From: Planctomycetota bacterium
Lineage (GTDB): Bacteria; Planctomycetota; B15-G4; SIAN01
NCBI GenBank assembly: GCA_031409275.1
Contig: JANNXA010000014.1
Location: forward strand, 160,001-224,000
Direction of reading: 5' to 3'
DNA length: 64,000 bases
Shown: positions 41,083-52,000 of the stretch, in pieces
How the letters are laid out: every line of letters starts with the position of its first letter
Numbering within the stretch: position 1 is the first letter of the stretch
Notes under the pieces: model-generated
Told to the model about the DNA's origin: nothing
The model's input: only the letters and a program-made list of their open reading frames with translations
Database searches by the model: none
Translations under genes and position numbers: made by a program

Positions 41083-43101
41083 ATGGTAACGAGCCCCCCC
41101 CTCCCTGGTCAACCGAGCGTTTTGCGAGCACCCGTCGCAAACTGGCTACAGCGAACAGCTTGGGACAGCTCCTCACTGAGAACCACGTGCCTGCTAGCGG
41201 CTCTCGGGACGGTCCTTGGAGCCATCGCCGCCTCGCCTCTGCGCGCCGCCTCGCCGGCACCGCGACAAGATCCACGCCCGCTCTCCGCACTCGTTACGTC
41301 CGGTCGCGATTGGGTCCTCGCGGAGCCGACTTCGGCCGCGGAGCTCGCCGCGCGACTGAGCGAGGAACTCGGCGGCGCCGCGGACGACGCGCTCGAGTTT
41401 CGGCGCCGCGTCCCGTGGTTGGCCACCCTGCCCGACGGTGGCGCGAGGATCGCGGCGCAGGCGCTCGGGAATCGACGGGGCGCTGACCGACTTTGGATCG
41501 AGAGCGCGACCTGCGACGTGCCGCGGCGGGCCCGCGAGCTTCTCCGCGCCGCCGACGAGCGCGCGGCCGCAGGCGAGCTCGCCCTTCCGATCGCAGCGAC
41601 CATCGCCTGGAGCCGTGGCCGCGTCGAAGGGCTCGACGGCGCGGTCGATCTCTTCGAGGCGGCGCTGCTGCCGACGCATGAGCGCGCCAGCTACGCGCGC
41701 GACGCGTTCTCACGACTCGTCACCGCCGGGTGGCGCCGAGGCGACATGGAGGAAATCGCTCGTCTGCAGGTGGCGCTCACGGTGCGGCATCCCGAACTGA
41801 CCACGCTGCACCTCGATGCCGCGGCCGCCCTCCTCCGTGCCGGCGATCTGGCGTCGGCGCACCGGGAGTTCGACCAGGCCGAGGCCTCGGCATTCGGGCG
41901 CGTCGACACCGCCGCGATGCTTCACTACGGCAGCGCCACCCTTGGCCGCGCCTGGTGCCTCCTGCTGGAAGCGAAGCCTCAGCAGGCGCTCGCGCTGCTG
42001 ACGAAGGCCGACTTGCTGCCCAGGAGCGCGCTCGCGCAGGAGGATGCACTCGACGCACTGAAGCTGCGGTTTGCGATGGTGGCTCACTTCATCCGCGCCG
42101 ATGCCGGCGACCTCGATCCACGCCCGCTCGCCGGAGCATTGGCGCTCGCTCCCGTCGACCAGTCGCGCTCGATCGCCAACGACGCCTGGTTCGGCCCTTT
42201 CGGCCCCCTGTTCGGGCGCGACCTCCTGCGTGACCGCGGCCGAGCCGAGGCGTGGTGCTCTGCAGCGATTCCGTTGCTGGCAGCGCTCGAATCAAGCCAT
42301 GACCGCCACGGTCACGGATTGCTCGGTCGCAGCGTCGATGACGATGAGACTTCTGCTGCGCGGCCGGTGGCGTGGTGCTTCCTCAGCGTCTCCGAGGAGT
42401 GGTTGGTCGGCGCCGGCGATCCCGACGCCGCCGCCGCATTGCTTGCGCCACGCCTCGCCGCTCTCGCCGCAGTCGCCGACTGGAGCAATCGCGAACTCGC
42501 CTGCGAGGCGCAGCTTCTGTTGGCGCGCATCGAACTGCACCGCGGCGATGCCGTAGCCGCGATGGCCGCGGCCGAAGCCGCCTTGCGCGGCGCGCGCGAG
42601 CTGCAAGTGGGGCTCGCGGCCGACTACTGGCAACGCCACGCCGCGGGCGAAGCTCCGCCGCCGCCAAGCGCGCAGCTGATCGGCCGCAGCGACCTGCCCT
42701 ACTCGAACCTCGTCGTTCGCGCGCTGGTTTCGCGCTCCGGGGTCAAAGCGACGCTGCTCGGCGACGCGCGCGGCGCCGCCGAAGACCTGTTCGAAGCGGG
42801 GGCCGGCTGGCCGTTCGACGGCGATCGTTGGCTGCGGCACGCGACCGACTTCGCCCGTCGCGGACGCTTCGAGGAGGCGCGCGCTTGCGCCGAGCGTGCC
42901 GACGCGACTCCCGACCGCGCCTACGACTTCGCATGCTGTCGCGCGCTGTGCGGCGAGTCGGAGGCCGCACTCGCGCTGCTCGATCAGCACCTCGCCTGGG
43001 CCGGTCGTACGCCGGCGACTCGCGCGCTCGAAGTCCGCTACGCTGCGCAAGATCGCGACCTCGCGTCGTTGCACGCGGATCCCCGTTTTCCGCGCCGCTA
43101 G
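41083..43101 (+). CDS. Exported TPR-like helical repeat protein
   Basis: Signal-like segment near 41176; Ala/Leu-rich helices; C-terminal AYDFACCRAL.G....AL...AAQDRDLASLHADPRF capping motif; start uncertain, may be downstream of 41083. Confidence 0.65.
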   Translation: MVTSPPLPGQPSVLRAPVANWLQRTAWDSSSLRTTCLLAALGTVLGAIAASPLRAASPAPRQDPRPLSALVTSGRDWVLAEPTSAAELAARLSEELGGAADDALEFRRRVPWLATLPDGGARIAAQALGNRRGADRLWIESATCDVPRRARELLRAADERAAAGELALPIAATIAWSRGRVEGLDGAVDLFEAALLPTHERASYARDAFSRLVTAGWRRGDMEEIARLQVALTVRHPELTTLHLDAAAALLRAGDLASAHREFDQAEASAFGRVDTAAMLHYGSATLGRAWCLLLEAKPQQALALLTKADLLPRSALAQEDALDALKLRFAMVAHFIRADAGDLDPRPLAGALALAPVDQSRSIANDAWFGPFGPLFGRDLLRDRGRAEAWCSAAIPLLAALESSHDRHGHGLLGRSVDDDETSAARPVAWCFLSVSEEWLVGAGDPDAAAALLAPRLAALAAVADWSNRELACEAQLLLARIELHRGDAVAAMAAAEAALRGARELQVGLAADYWQRHAAGEAPPPPSAQLIGRSDLPYSNLVVRALVSRSGVKATLLGDARGAAEDLFEAGAGWPFDGDRWLRHATDFARRGRFEEARACAERADATPDRAYDFACCRALCGESEAALALLDQHLAWAGRTPATRALEVRYAAQDRDLASLHADPRFPRR

Positions 43102-43127
43102 CGCCCACCCCCCAAACTCCCCCCTCG

Positions 43128-43337
43128 ATGTCGGCCCCCATCACCATCGAAATCAACGGCGAAGCGCGCACCCTGCGCGCGCCGCTCACCGTGCGCGAGT
43201 TGCTCACCGAGCTGGCGCTGCCGGTCGAGCGCCTCGCGATCGAGCTCAATCGCGGCCTGCTTCCGCGAACCGAGTTCGAGCGAGCGCTTGCGGACGGGGA
43301 TCGTCTCGAGATCGTCACTTTCGTCGGAGGCGGTTGA
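43128..43337 (+). CDS. thiS: Sulfur carrier protein ThiS
   Basis: IEINGE...AIELN...GDRLEIVTFVGGG C-terminus; directly upstream of thiG. Confidence 0.93.
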   Translation: MSAPITIEINGEARTLRAPLTVRELLTELALPVERLAIELNRGLLPRTEFERALADGDRLEIVTFVGGG

Positions 43338-43340
43338 CCC

Positions 43341-44159
43341 ATGTCGAGGCGCGATCCATCTCCCGAGTCGGCGCTTTCCGACGAGCCGCTGCGGATCGGT
43401 CGCCACGAGTTCCGCTCGCGACTGCTGCTGGGAACGGGCAAGTACCCGAGCCACGACGTGATGCGCGCCTGCCATGAGGCGGCCGCCACGGAATGCGTGA
43501 CCGTCGCGGTGCGACGGGTCGACCTCTCGGGACGCGAGAAGAGCCTGCTCGACTGGATCGACCGCGGCCGCATCACGCTGCTGCCCAACACCGCCGGCTG
43601 CTTCACGGTCGAGGACGCGCTGCGCACCGCGCGCCTCGGCCGCGAGGCCGGCCTCTCGGAGCTGGTGAAGCTCGAGGTGCTGGCTGATCCGGGGACGCTG
43701 CTGCCCGATCCCGTCGCGACGCTCGAAGCGACGCGCCAACTGGTGAAAGAGGGGTTCGTCGTGCTGGCCTACTGCTCCGACGATCCGATCCTCGCGCGCC
43801 ATCTCGAGCAGGCGGGCGCGGCGGCCGTGATGCCGCTCGGCTCTCCCATCGGCTCGGGCCAGGGAATCAACAACCCGCGCAACATCCGCCTCATCAAGGA
43901 TTCGCTGCGGGTCCCGGTCCTGGTCGATGCCGGCGTCGGAACGCCATCCGACGTGACGCTGGCATTCGAGCTCGGAATCGACGGCGTCCTGCTGAACAGC
44001 GCGATCGCGCTGGCACGCGATCCGGTGCGGATGGCGGCCGCGATGCATCACGCGGCGCTGGCAGGTCGGCACGGCTTTCTCGCTGGACGCATCGCCGTCA
44101 CCGAGCACGGTCGCGCCAGCAGTCCCGAAAGCGGCAAGATCGCGGCGGCCACCCGATGA
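43341..44159 (+). CDS. thiG: Thiazole synthase
   Basis: [48 protein letters not shown]. Confidence 0.96.
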   Translation: MSRRDPSPESALSDEPLRIGRHEFRSRLLLGTGKYPSHDVMRACHEAAATECVTVAVRRVDLSGREKSLLDWIDRGRITLLPNTAGCFTVEDALRTARLGREAGLSELVKLEVLADPGTLLPDPVATLEATRQLVKEGFVVLAYCSDDPILARHLEQAGAAAVMPLGSPIGSGQGINNPRNIRLIKDSLRVPVLVDAGVGTPSDVTLAFELGIDGVLLNSAIALARDPVRMAAAMHHAALAGRHGFLAGRIAVTEHGRASSPESGKIAAATR

Positions 44160-45058
44160 GCGGCACCCAGCGCCGCCGCGTCGACCCCGCGCTGCTCGGC
44201 GAGCAACGGCTCGCCAGCAGCCTGGTCGCGCTCGATTTCGCCAGCGTCCATGCCGCCGCGGCCGAACGTCCGCGCGTCATCGTTCGCGGCGGGCCGTGCC
44301 GCATCTGCAGCGGGCGCTTCGGACCGGTGATCGACACCACCGAGCTGTTCCGCGGCACCTGCTTCCTGACCGCCCATGCGCTGATCGACGGCGCGCTGGT
44401 GCTGAAGCAGGTGACCAGCACCAAGCACCGCGAAGATCTCGACAGCGTGCCGCCCATGGACGCGATCACCGTCATCGAGGCGCTCGCTCGCGCCGAGTCG
44501 TTCCTCGCCACCTGCGGAGACGACCGCTTCCCCGAAAGTTCGCCCGGCCGGCGCGGCTACGTCTCCATCGCGAAGCGCCACCGCGAAGGAGCCCACGGCA
44601 CGCAGATGCTGACGCTGCACCCGCAGCCGCCACCGTGGCTGCTGCGCGAACGCGAGTTCGTGGCGCGCTACGGCGCCGGCCGACCGTCCGTGCTGGAAAC
44701 CAAGACACCCGCCGAGCTCATGGTCGGCGAGTTCCGTGGCGGGCTCGCGGCGGCGATGCCGGCGGCACCGCGACGCGCGTTCGAGATGTTCATCTGGTTC
44801 CGTCCCGGCGCGACGGGAGCGCTCTCCGACTTGAGCGGCAATCAGCGCTGGGGTGTGGCGCAGGCGATCCGCGAATTGACCGGGGCGCTGCGCCTCGAGC
44901 TGGCCGTGCGCGGGCTGCCGGCCGACTACGGCTGGCGACTCGTCGCTGGAGCGGACATCGAGCCGTACGTGCACATCCTGACGCCGAAGACGCTCGAGGT
45001 CGTCGACGGCCCGAGCGAGTGGGTGGAACGGCTGCGGGCTCACATCGGCGTCGAGTGA
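44156..45058 (+). CDS. Hypothetical protein, possibly a degenerate GalT/HIT-like fold
   Basis: ATGA overlap with thiG; CRIC motif; weak resemblance to GalT-family segments. Confidence 0.55.
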   Translation: MSGTQRRRVDPALLGEQRLASSLVALDFASVHAAAAERPRVIVRGGPCRICSGRFGPVIDTTELFRGTCFLTAHALIDGALVLKQVTSTKHREDLDSVPPMDAITVIEALARAESFLATCGDDRFPESSPGRRGYVSIAKRHREGAHGTQMLTLHPQPPPWLLREREFVARYGAGRPSVLETKTPAELMVGEFRGGLAAAMPAAPRRAFEMFIWFRPGATGALSDLSGNQRWGVAQAIRELTGALRLELAVRGLPADYGWRLVAGADIEPYVHILTPKTLEVVDGPSEWVERLRAHIGVE

Positions 45059-45074
45059 CGCGGCGGCGACGCGA

Positions 45075-46157
45075 TCAGTCGACGCGCCACGCCGGCAACC
45101 AGGTCGCGCCCTGGAATTCGAAACCCTTGGCCGCGAGCTTCGCCGCGAAGTCCGGCAAATGGGCCGCGCCGTAGAAGAGCGCGAGCCAGCGACCCGGCGC
45201 GCCGTTCGTCAGTTCGTCGTCGAGCACCGTCAGCGCGGCATCGTTGCGCCAGTCGATCAGCACGTCGGTCAGCCCTTTCATCTGCAGCGCCATCATCGAG
45301 TCGGCCATCGCCAGCGCACCGGCGACCTGCCGCTTCAACATCGACCGCATCCGTGCATCGGCGCCCGCCTTTGCGAGGTCGAACGTGCCGAGCATCATCT
45401 TCAGCAGCCCTTGCACCAACGGGTTGTCGGTCGGCAATGCGACGCCGCGCGCGTCGAGCTCCTCGGTCAGCGCGACGAAGTCGACGTCGGCGTTGCGCCA
45501 GAAGCGGCGGCGATAGTCGAGGCCGTCCTTCTGGAACGTGAGGCCGAGCGCATCGTTCAGCATCAGCTGCAGTTCGAAGAGCGCGTCCATGCGGGCGACC
45601 TGCTCGTCGCTCGGCGGCGTCGAACCGCTTTTCGCGCCGACCCCCTCGAACAAGACCACGTCGCACGAATCGAGCACGTCCTGCAACTGGTCGTAGTAGC
45701 CGCGGTCGGCGATGTGGATGGCGCCAACGAGGAACAGCGTGGTCCGCGTCGGTTCGTGGAAGTAGCGCCCGATGCCGACCTCGAGAGCGCCCGGCGCCGT
45801 GCTCGTCGGAGCCGTGAAGCGCGTGAAGCTCTTCGGGGGCTGCTCGAGCGTCGACACCAGCCAGAGCGGCGCGAACAGATCGGCCGGCCCGTCGGCGCGT
45901 ACGACGGTGCGCACGAGGTGGCGCGGAAGTTCGAGCTCGCCGCGTTCGCGATCCTGGAAGCGGACGCGATGGGCCTGCGTATCGAGGAGCGTTCCGACCA
46001 GTTCGCGACCGCTCTTCAGGATCACGCGATCTTCAGCGCGCGCGGCGCGAGCAGCCCCGCCAGCCAACGCGGCCACGACCAGCAGCGAAGCCGCGACGAG
46101 AGCGCCGCCGAAGCGAGACCTTGGGTTGCACCCGCGCGGCCGGTGGATCGAGCTCAT
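45075..46157 (-). CDS. Exported hypothetical protein, TraB/GumN-like
   Basis: Signal peptide; DRVILKSGRELVG small N-domain; LVGAIHIAD..YY, DVVLFEGV, RNDAAL, FYGAAHLPD. Confidence 0.65.
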   Translation of the reverse strand: MSSIHRPRGCNPRSRFGGALVAASLLVVAALAGGAARAARAEDRVILKSGRELVGTLLDTQAHRVRFQDRERGELELPRHLVRTVVRADGPADLFAPLWLVSTLEQPPKSFTRFTAPTSTAPGALEVGIGRYFHEPTRTTLFLVGAIHIADRGYYDQLQDVLDSCDVVLFEGVGAKSGSTPPSDEQVARMDALFELQLMLNDALGLTFQKDGLDYRRRFWRNADVDFVALTEELDARGVALPTDNPLVQGLLKMMLGTFDLAKAGADARMRSMLKRQVAGALAMADSMMALQMKGLTDVLIDWRNDAALTVLDDELTNGAPGRWLALFYGAAHLPDFAAKLAAKGFEFQGATWLPAWRVD

Positions 46158-46207
46158 GGCACGCAGACTCCCGCATCGGGCACGGGCAACCGCCCGCGCG
46201 AGGCGAC

Positions 46208-46852
46208 TCACGCTATCCGAGCGTCGCGTGGGAAGCGTCCGTCGCGAAGGAAGGCCACCACGTACTCGTGGACCTTGCGGCTGCCGAGCACCGAAGTGTG
46301 CGTCGCGAGCAGTCGCACGTGGTCGCGCTCGCCATCGAAGTGGGTGCTCGGCTCAGGGACCAGATGGTCGAGGCGGGCCGCGATGACGCCGCACGCGATC
46401 CCCGGCAAGGGCGTCAGCGTGCGTGCTCGACTGTCGTCGCGATCGCGCAGCTCGCGCAACACGGGCACGAGCGGCCCGAGGAAGGGCGCGAGCCAGCGCG
46501 CGACCAGCGAGCCGCGATTCGGCGGCACCAGCATCACGACACGGCCGAGGCCGCGCGGACGCTCGATCGCCAGCGCGGCGCGCGCCACCAGGTTGCCGAG
46601 GCTGTGGCCGACGATGTGCAGCCGACGGCAACCCGGTTCGGCGGCGAGGCGCTTGAGTTCTGCCGCGAACGCACGCCCGTGCTCGTCGATCGAGCCGCGC
46701 ACGCTCGGATAACCGAAGCGGACCGTGCCGAAGCCTGCACGTTCGAGCGCACGCGCCAACGAGCCGAGCGAACGGGTCGTCCGCAGCAGCCCGTGCACCA
46801 GCACCACCCGCTCCTCGCGCACGGACCCGACGCTTCCCGCTTTCTGCGCCAC
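46208..46852 (-). CDS. Alpha/beta hydrolase (lipase/esterase-like)
   Basis: VVLVHGL, GHSLG nucleophile elbow, PPNRGS; start GTG 46852 or 46822. Confidence 0.8.
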   Translation of the reverse strand: MAQKAGSVGSVREERVVLVHGLLRTTRSLGSLARALERAGFGTVRFGYPSVRGSIDEHGRAFAAELKRLAAEPGCRRLHIVGHSLGNLVARAALAIERPRGLGRVVMLVPPNRGSLVARWLAPFLGPLVPVLRELRDRDDSRARTLTPLPGIACGVIAARLDHLVPEPSTHFDGERDHVRLLATHTSVLGSRKVHEYVVAFLRDGRFPRDARIA

Positions 46853-46917
46853 ATGGTGCTCCCGGGCGAAAACACTAGTCTTCCGCGTCCTCGCGTCGAG
46901 CTGCGCCCGGAGAAGAC

Positions 46918-48021
46918 ATGCCCGTCTCGCTGATGGCCCTGCTCGCTTCGCTGCTCCTCCTGCAGACGCCGCCGTCCGATCCATCGCCCGCCGCATGCGA
47001 TGAGGCGCTCGCGACCTTCGAGAACTCGCTCGCCGACGTGCAGGCCGCGACGCTCGCCGACCTTGCCGCCGCGCTCAAGGCACTGCCGGCCGCGCCCCTC
47101 CGGCAACTGCGCGATCACGCCAGGAAGACGCTCACGGTCGAGCTGCGACCGGGCCCGCCTCCATGGTTCGATCCGGTGGAATACGCCGGCGCCGAGGCGG
47201 CGCGAGGCCGGGTCGTGCGCAAGCCGGTCGATCCCGCCGGCGAGGATGCGGCAGCGCAACGCGGCCGCTTCCGGCCGTGGGAGAACGACCCGCCGTTCGC
47301 GATTCGCGTCGAATGGGACTTCGCCAGCGACCGCGCCGTCAAGAACAGCGACGCTCCGCTCGACAGCTTCGGCCAGCTCTTCAATGCGCTGAACGGCTAC
47401 GACCAGGACGCCGACGTGCTGGTCGCATGGCTGCTGTCGCGCTTCGACTTCGAGAAGAAGTTGGACGCCAAGGCGAGCTACTTCGCCCATTCCTACTGCG
47501 ATCTCGGCGGCCGCATCTATCCGGAGATCTCGCTCTACGACGCCTGGTCGTCGGGCACCGGGATGGACATGCCCGACGTCGACACCATCGCGTGGGCGCG
47601 ACTGCTGATGAAGGACAAGTCCTACGTCGCACCGCTGCCGGCCGACGCGCGCCGCCAGAAGCTCTACGACTCGCTCAGCGCCGGCTTCCTCGAGTACTTC
47701 CGCTACCGCATCTGGATCGAGGGGGCGGCGCAGATCTTCATCAACCCGGACGCGCCGTTGCGCGAGGCGCACGAGCCGATGCGACGCCGGCTGCTCCATC
47801 TCTTCACGGTCTGCAAAGGGGAGGTCGAGTCGATCGCCAAGCGGCTGAAGGAGCTCGGCACACGCGACCGCTTCATCGAGGCGATGGACGCCGAGATCGC
47901 GGCCGACCCGCGCGCCGACTCCGCCATCGCGCGATTCGTCGAGAAGCGCGTGCAGGAGCGCTGGACCGTCGCGCGCGCCTGCTACTCCGTCCTGCGCGCA
48001 CACGGCCTCCTCTCCGAATGA
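46918..48021 (+). CDS. Exported hypothetical protein
   Basis: GGAG RBS, signal peptide, strong coding bias; no recognised family. Confidence 0.7.
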   Translation: MPVSLMALLASLLLLQTPPSDPSPAACDEALATFENSLADVQAATLADLAAALKALPAAPLRQLRDHARKTLTVELRPGPPPWFDPVEYAGAEAARGRVVRKPVDPAGEDAAAQRGRFRPWENDPPFAIRVEWDFASDRAVKNSDAPLDSFGQLFNALNGYDQDADVLVAWLLSRFDFEKKLDAKASYFAHSYCDLGGRIYPEISLYDAWSSGTGMDMPDVDTIAWARLLMKDKSYVAPLPADARRQKLYDSLSAGFLEYFRYRIWIEGAAQIFINPDAPLREAHEPMRRRLLHLFTVCKGEVESIAKRLKELGTRDRFIEAMDAEIAADPRADSAIARFVEKRVQERWTVARACYSVLRAHGLLSE

Positions 48022-48067
48022 GCGCTCGGCTCGTGCCGGCGCCGCGGCGGACCGTAAGCTGACGCCG

Positions 48068-48958
48068 ATGAGCTCGAATCGCCCGAACCTCCCGCTGCTT
48101 TCGCCCGCCCCGGCCGCGCACGGCGCGCCCGTCGAGGCCGTCGCGCCATCGAGCGAGCAGCTCGCGCGCCTCCACTCCGGACTCGATGCGCTCGGGAGCG
48201 TCGCGGTCGCGTTCTCAGGCGGGATCGACTCGACCTTGGTCCTGAGAGTCGCCCGCGACCGTCTCGGCGACCGTGCGGTCGGCGTGATCGGCGTCTCCGC
48301 GTCGCTGCCGCCGGGCGAGCTCGAGGAGGCGCGCGCACTGGCCAAGGCGATGGGCGCGACGCTGGTCGAGATCGCGACCGGCGAGATCGCCGACCCCGAC
48401 TACGCGGCCAACCCGGTCAATCGCTGCTACTTCTGCAAGAGCGAGCTCTACCGCCACGTGCTGCCGTGGGCGCGCGCCCAGGGGTTCAACCACGTCGCCG
48501 ATGGAATGAACACGGACGACCTCGGCGATTTCCGTCCGGGCACGAAGGCCGCCGACGAGGCCGGGGTCCGCCATCCGTTGCTCGACGCGGGTTTCGGGAA
48601 GGCCGCCATTCGCGGCCTGGCGCGGCAGCTCGGACTCGAGAACTGGGACAAGCCGGCACTCGCCTGCCTCTCGTCGCGCGTGCCGCACGGCACGGCCATC
48701 GCTCCGGCCATGCTCGACCAGATCGGCCATGCCGAGTTGCTGATCCGACGCCTCGGCTTCGCATCGGTCCGCGTGCGCTGGCATGGGGACGTCGCGCGAA
48801 TCGAGGTTCCCGCGCACGATCTCGAGCGGCTCCTCGCCATGCGCGAGCAGGTGGTGGCCGACGTCCGCTCCACCGGCTTCCGCTTCGTCTCTCTCGATCT
48901 CGACGGTTATCGGACCGGATCGCTGCACCGAACCACCGTCGCGCCGCGCGAGCGCTGA
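48068..48958 (+). CDS. larE: ATP-dependent sulfur transferase LarE family
   Basis: AFSGGIDS PP-loop, NRCYFCK, DGMNTDD..DFRPG, WDKPALACLSSR, VRVR.HG..ARIEV, DLDGYRTGS. Confidence 0.9.
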   Translation: MSSNRPNLPLLSPAPAAHGAPVEAVAPSSEQLARLHSGLDALGSVAVAFSGGIDSTLVLRVARDRLGDRAVGVIGVSASLPPGELEEARALAKAMGATLVEIATGEIADPDYAANPVNRCYFCKSELYRHVLPWARAQGFNHVADGMNTDDLGDFRPGTKAADEAGVRHPLLDAGFGKAAIRGLARQLGLENWDKPALACLSSRVPHGTAIAPAMLDQIGHAELLIRRLGFASVRVRWHGDVARIEVPAHDLERLLAMREQVVADVRSTGFRFVSLDLDGYRTGSLHRTTVAPRER

Positions 48959-49048
48959 CGCCATCACGGCGTCATGACGGCGCGTCCCGCGACGTCGAGG
49001 ACGCCACGGGCCGCGCGCGAAGAACGACGGAAGACGAGGCGCTTCGGG

Positions 49049-52000
49049 TCAGCTGCCCGACGGTCGCAGGTACGGGATCGCGATCGTTTCGACGTTCGGC
49101 AGCAGGAACGTGGACTTGCTGCCCACCAGCGTCGCACGGAACGCCACGTTCTGCCGCGTGTCGCAGGTGTCGACGCTGGTCGAGAAGCCGGTTCCGCCGG
49201 CCCCCTTGATCCCGTTCGATCCCTCGAATTCGAGCGTGACGGAGGTTCCGACCGGTTGGGTCGACGGAGGCGGATCGAGGATCGCCGGGAAGTAGTCCGG
49301 CAACAGCGTGTTGGTCGGGAAGACGCGCACGTACGGCGACGTGATCCGCGACGTCGTCTTCACGTAGTCGAAGACCGCGAGGTAGCGCGAGTTGTCGCCC
49401 GGAATCGGACTGATCGAGGTGGCATTGCCGGTCGCGCAGCGCGCCGCCACGGAGCCGTTGATGTTGTCGGGATTCAGCTTCGACGCCGGCGATCCTTGCG
49501 AGCCGACGCGCCAGCGCGGCTTGCCGAGGAAGTCGATCAGGCAGCCGATGACGAACGAGAAGCCGTTCTGTCCCGAGACCACCGTGTTCTGCGGGCGGAC
49601 GCGAACTTCGAAGAGCAGGCTGTCGCCGCCGACGTTCGCGTTGTTCGAGGTCCGGTAGTCGTCCCACTCGTTGCTGCCGCAGGAGTAGGTGCTGTTGACC
49701 GTCGTGCGCAGGTCCTTCTCGGCCTGCGGGATGTCGCCGTTGTTGTACTGGAACGGCACCGTGAACTCGGGCCACGGGTGCCAGGCGTTGCCGTCTCCCG
49801 GCGGCGTGAAGAGGTTGCCCTGCGTCACGCGGTACTTCGTTCCCGGCTGCACGCAAGTGACCAGCGTGTCCCAGTAGTTGGGGCCGTCGTCGCCGAAGCA
49901 GGTGGCGTTCGCACACGGACTCGTGCCGCCATCGATCAGGTCGATGAAGGAGGTGTAGTCGAACGGAACGCTCATGCCGCTGTCGGGAAACGAGGCGGCG
50001 CCCGTGTTGTTCTGCGAGATCGGGCGCATCGGCGAGTGCGCGCAGTGGATCGAGATGTCGTCATAGGTGTCGGTCGTGACGTTGCCGCCGATCGGCGCCC
50101 AGCTCACGCGGTACAGGTCGAGCAGCGTGCCCGCGAGCGCCACGCTGTTGGGCGAGCAGTCGAAATCACGCCACACCGTCTGGAAGCGTGCACCGTCGTG
50201 CGGCTGTCCTTGCGCCGTCACATTCGAATTGAGCGGCTCCGGCAAACCGGTGAAGAGCTTCGAGAACTGTCCTTCCGGTGGAAAGAACTCGTCGTGGATC
50301 TTGGTGACGAAGACGACCGGCGAGCCGGCCAGCACGCCGTTGGTCTGCAGATTCACGTCCGGGATCGGTCGGTAGTAGTTCGGCTGGTCTCGGTAGCCGA
50401 CGCCCGGCAGCCCGGTGGCGGGATCGATGCCGGTGACCGGACGGCCGCGCATGCGATGCACGATCACGCCCCAGCTCCGCGCGACCGGGGGATTGGGCTG
50501 CGTGATTGCCGCCTCAGCGGCAGTGAAGGTCGTGGTGTAGAGGATCGCGGGTTGCGCCGGATCGAAGCGCGAGTCGGGGAAGCCCACCGGCTGGCCGCCG
50601 AGGTCGACGATGCCGCGAACGCCGTCATCGAGGAACGTCGTGTAGGCCGATGAGCCGAGCTTCTGCTGCAGGTAGCTCGCGCGCGGCACGCTGGTGATCG
50701 CGAGCTGGAGGTTCTTGCTGTTCTTGCCCCACCCGACCACCTCGAAGGTGCCGGCGGCCTGGTCGACGCGGATCGGGCGGATGGTCGCGACCGTCTGCGT
50801 CGAGTCGAGCGAGACGTCGGTCAGCAGTTCCTGGAGTTCGCCGCCATCGGGACTCGCCGAAACGCGAAACGTCTCCCATTGCAGGAACGAATCGTCGGCC
50901 ATCGGCTCGGTGAAGCGCACGCGCAATTCGCAGAAGGTGGGCAGCGTGTTGCGCAGGTCGAGCGGGCCCGCTACGACGTTGCCGGAGCCGTCGATCTCCC
51001 ATGCCTCCACGAAGTTCGCGAGGCTCGCGTTCGCTCCGTTCTGCGGATTGTCCGCATCGAAGCGGGTCGGATCGATCGGGTCGGTCAGCTCAGGCTCGAA
51101 GAGCTCCGCTCGCTCGAGGCGGCACGTGTCGCCGTCCTGCGGCAGCAGCGTGAAGAGTCCGTTGATGGTCACGGTGTCGACGCTGTTGCCGGAGATGACG
51201 TGCGTCTCCTCGGCGGGAGCGCCCGGCCGCAAGACGAGCTTCGCACCGGCCCATTCGCCGCGCCCCGACTTCGACAGCGTCGAGAACGAAGCGCCGGCGA
51301 ACCGGACGCTGCTCGCGCCGGCCACGTCGCCGCCCACGAGGTCGACGACACGCGTGTCCGCGAGCGTACGCACGATGCGCGGCACCGAGACGTCGGGCAG
51401 GAAGCCGTTGTAGGTCTCGTTGGTCGGGATCAGCTGGTTCTGCGCGATGAAGTCGAGGACGCGGTTGCCCGGGTTGATGCCGATGGGCGTCGCCACTTCA
51501 CCGAGCCCGTCGGTGCGCGCGCCAAGGAACGCGCCGCCGGTCGAGCGCAGGACGCTCGGCCCGGTGCGCGGGAGTCGCAGCTTGAGGAAGCCGGTCGCGT
51601 CGGCGCGCGGCTCGCCGCTCGGGCCGAAATTGACAGGGCTCTCCGGGAATCCCACGCTCGTCGCGCCAGACGGGTTGATCCAGATCGTGCGCGCCCCAAC
51701 CTGGGTGATCTCCACGGGGACCGGCGTGCCATCCTGTTGACGCACCTGCACCGAGCCCGCGGTCACGAGCGCACCGTTGGCGTCGATCTCGTCGGCGCGC
51801 AGCGAGCTCGCGTCGATGGGCGCGCTGAACTCGAGTTGGAGCACGCAGTTGCGAGGGATCACTCGCGGCAGGTAGCTCGAACCAAGTCCGAGCGACTGCG
51901 GAGCATCGAGGTCGACGCCGCCCGCCAGCGGCTGCAGCGTTCCCGGTAGCGCCAGACCGGTCACGGCATCGATCTCGACCGTCGTCAGCGGGCTCACGAG

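Noticed and set aside
41075..41220. TPP riboswitch upstream of the TPR-thiS-thiG unit (CTGAGA near 41176)
   Set aside because: The downstream conserved ACCTGA and AGCGT/AGGGA elements are missing, and the hexamer lies in a probable signal-peptide coding region
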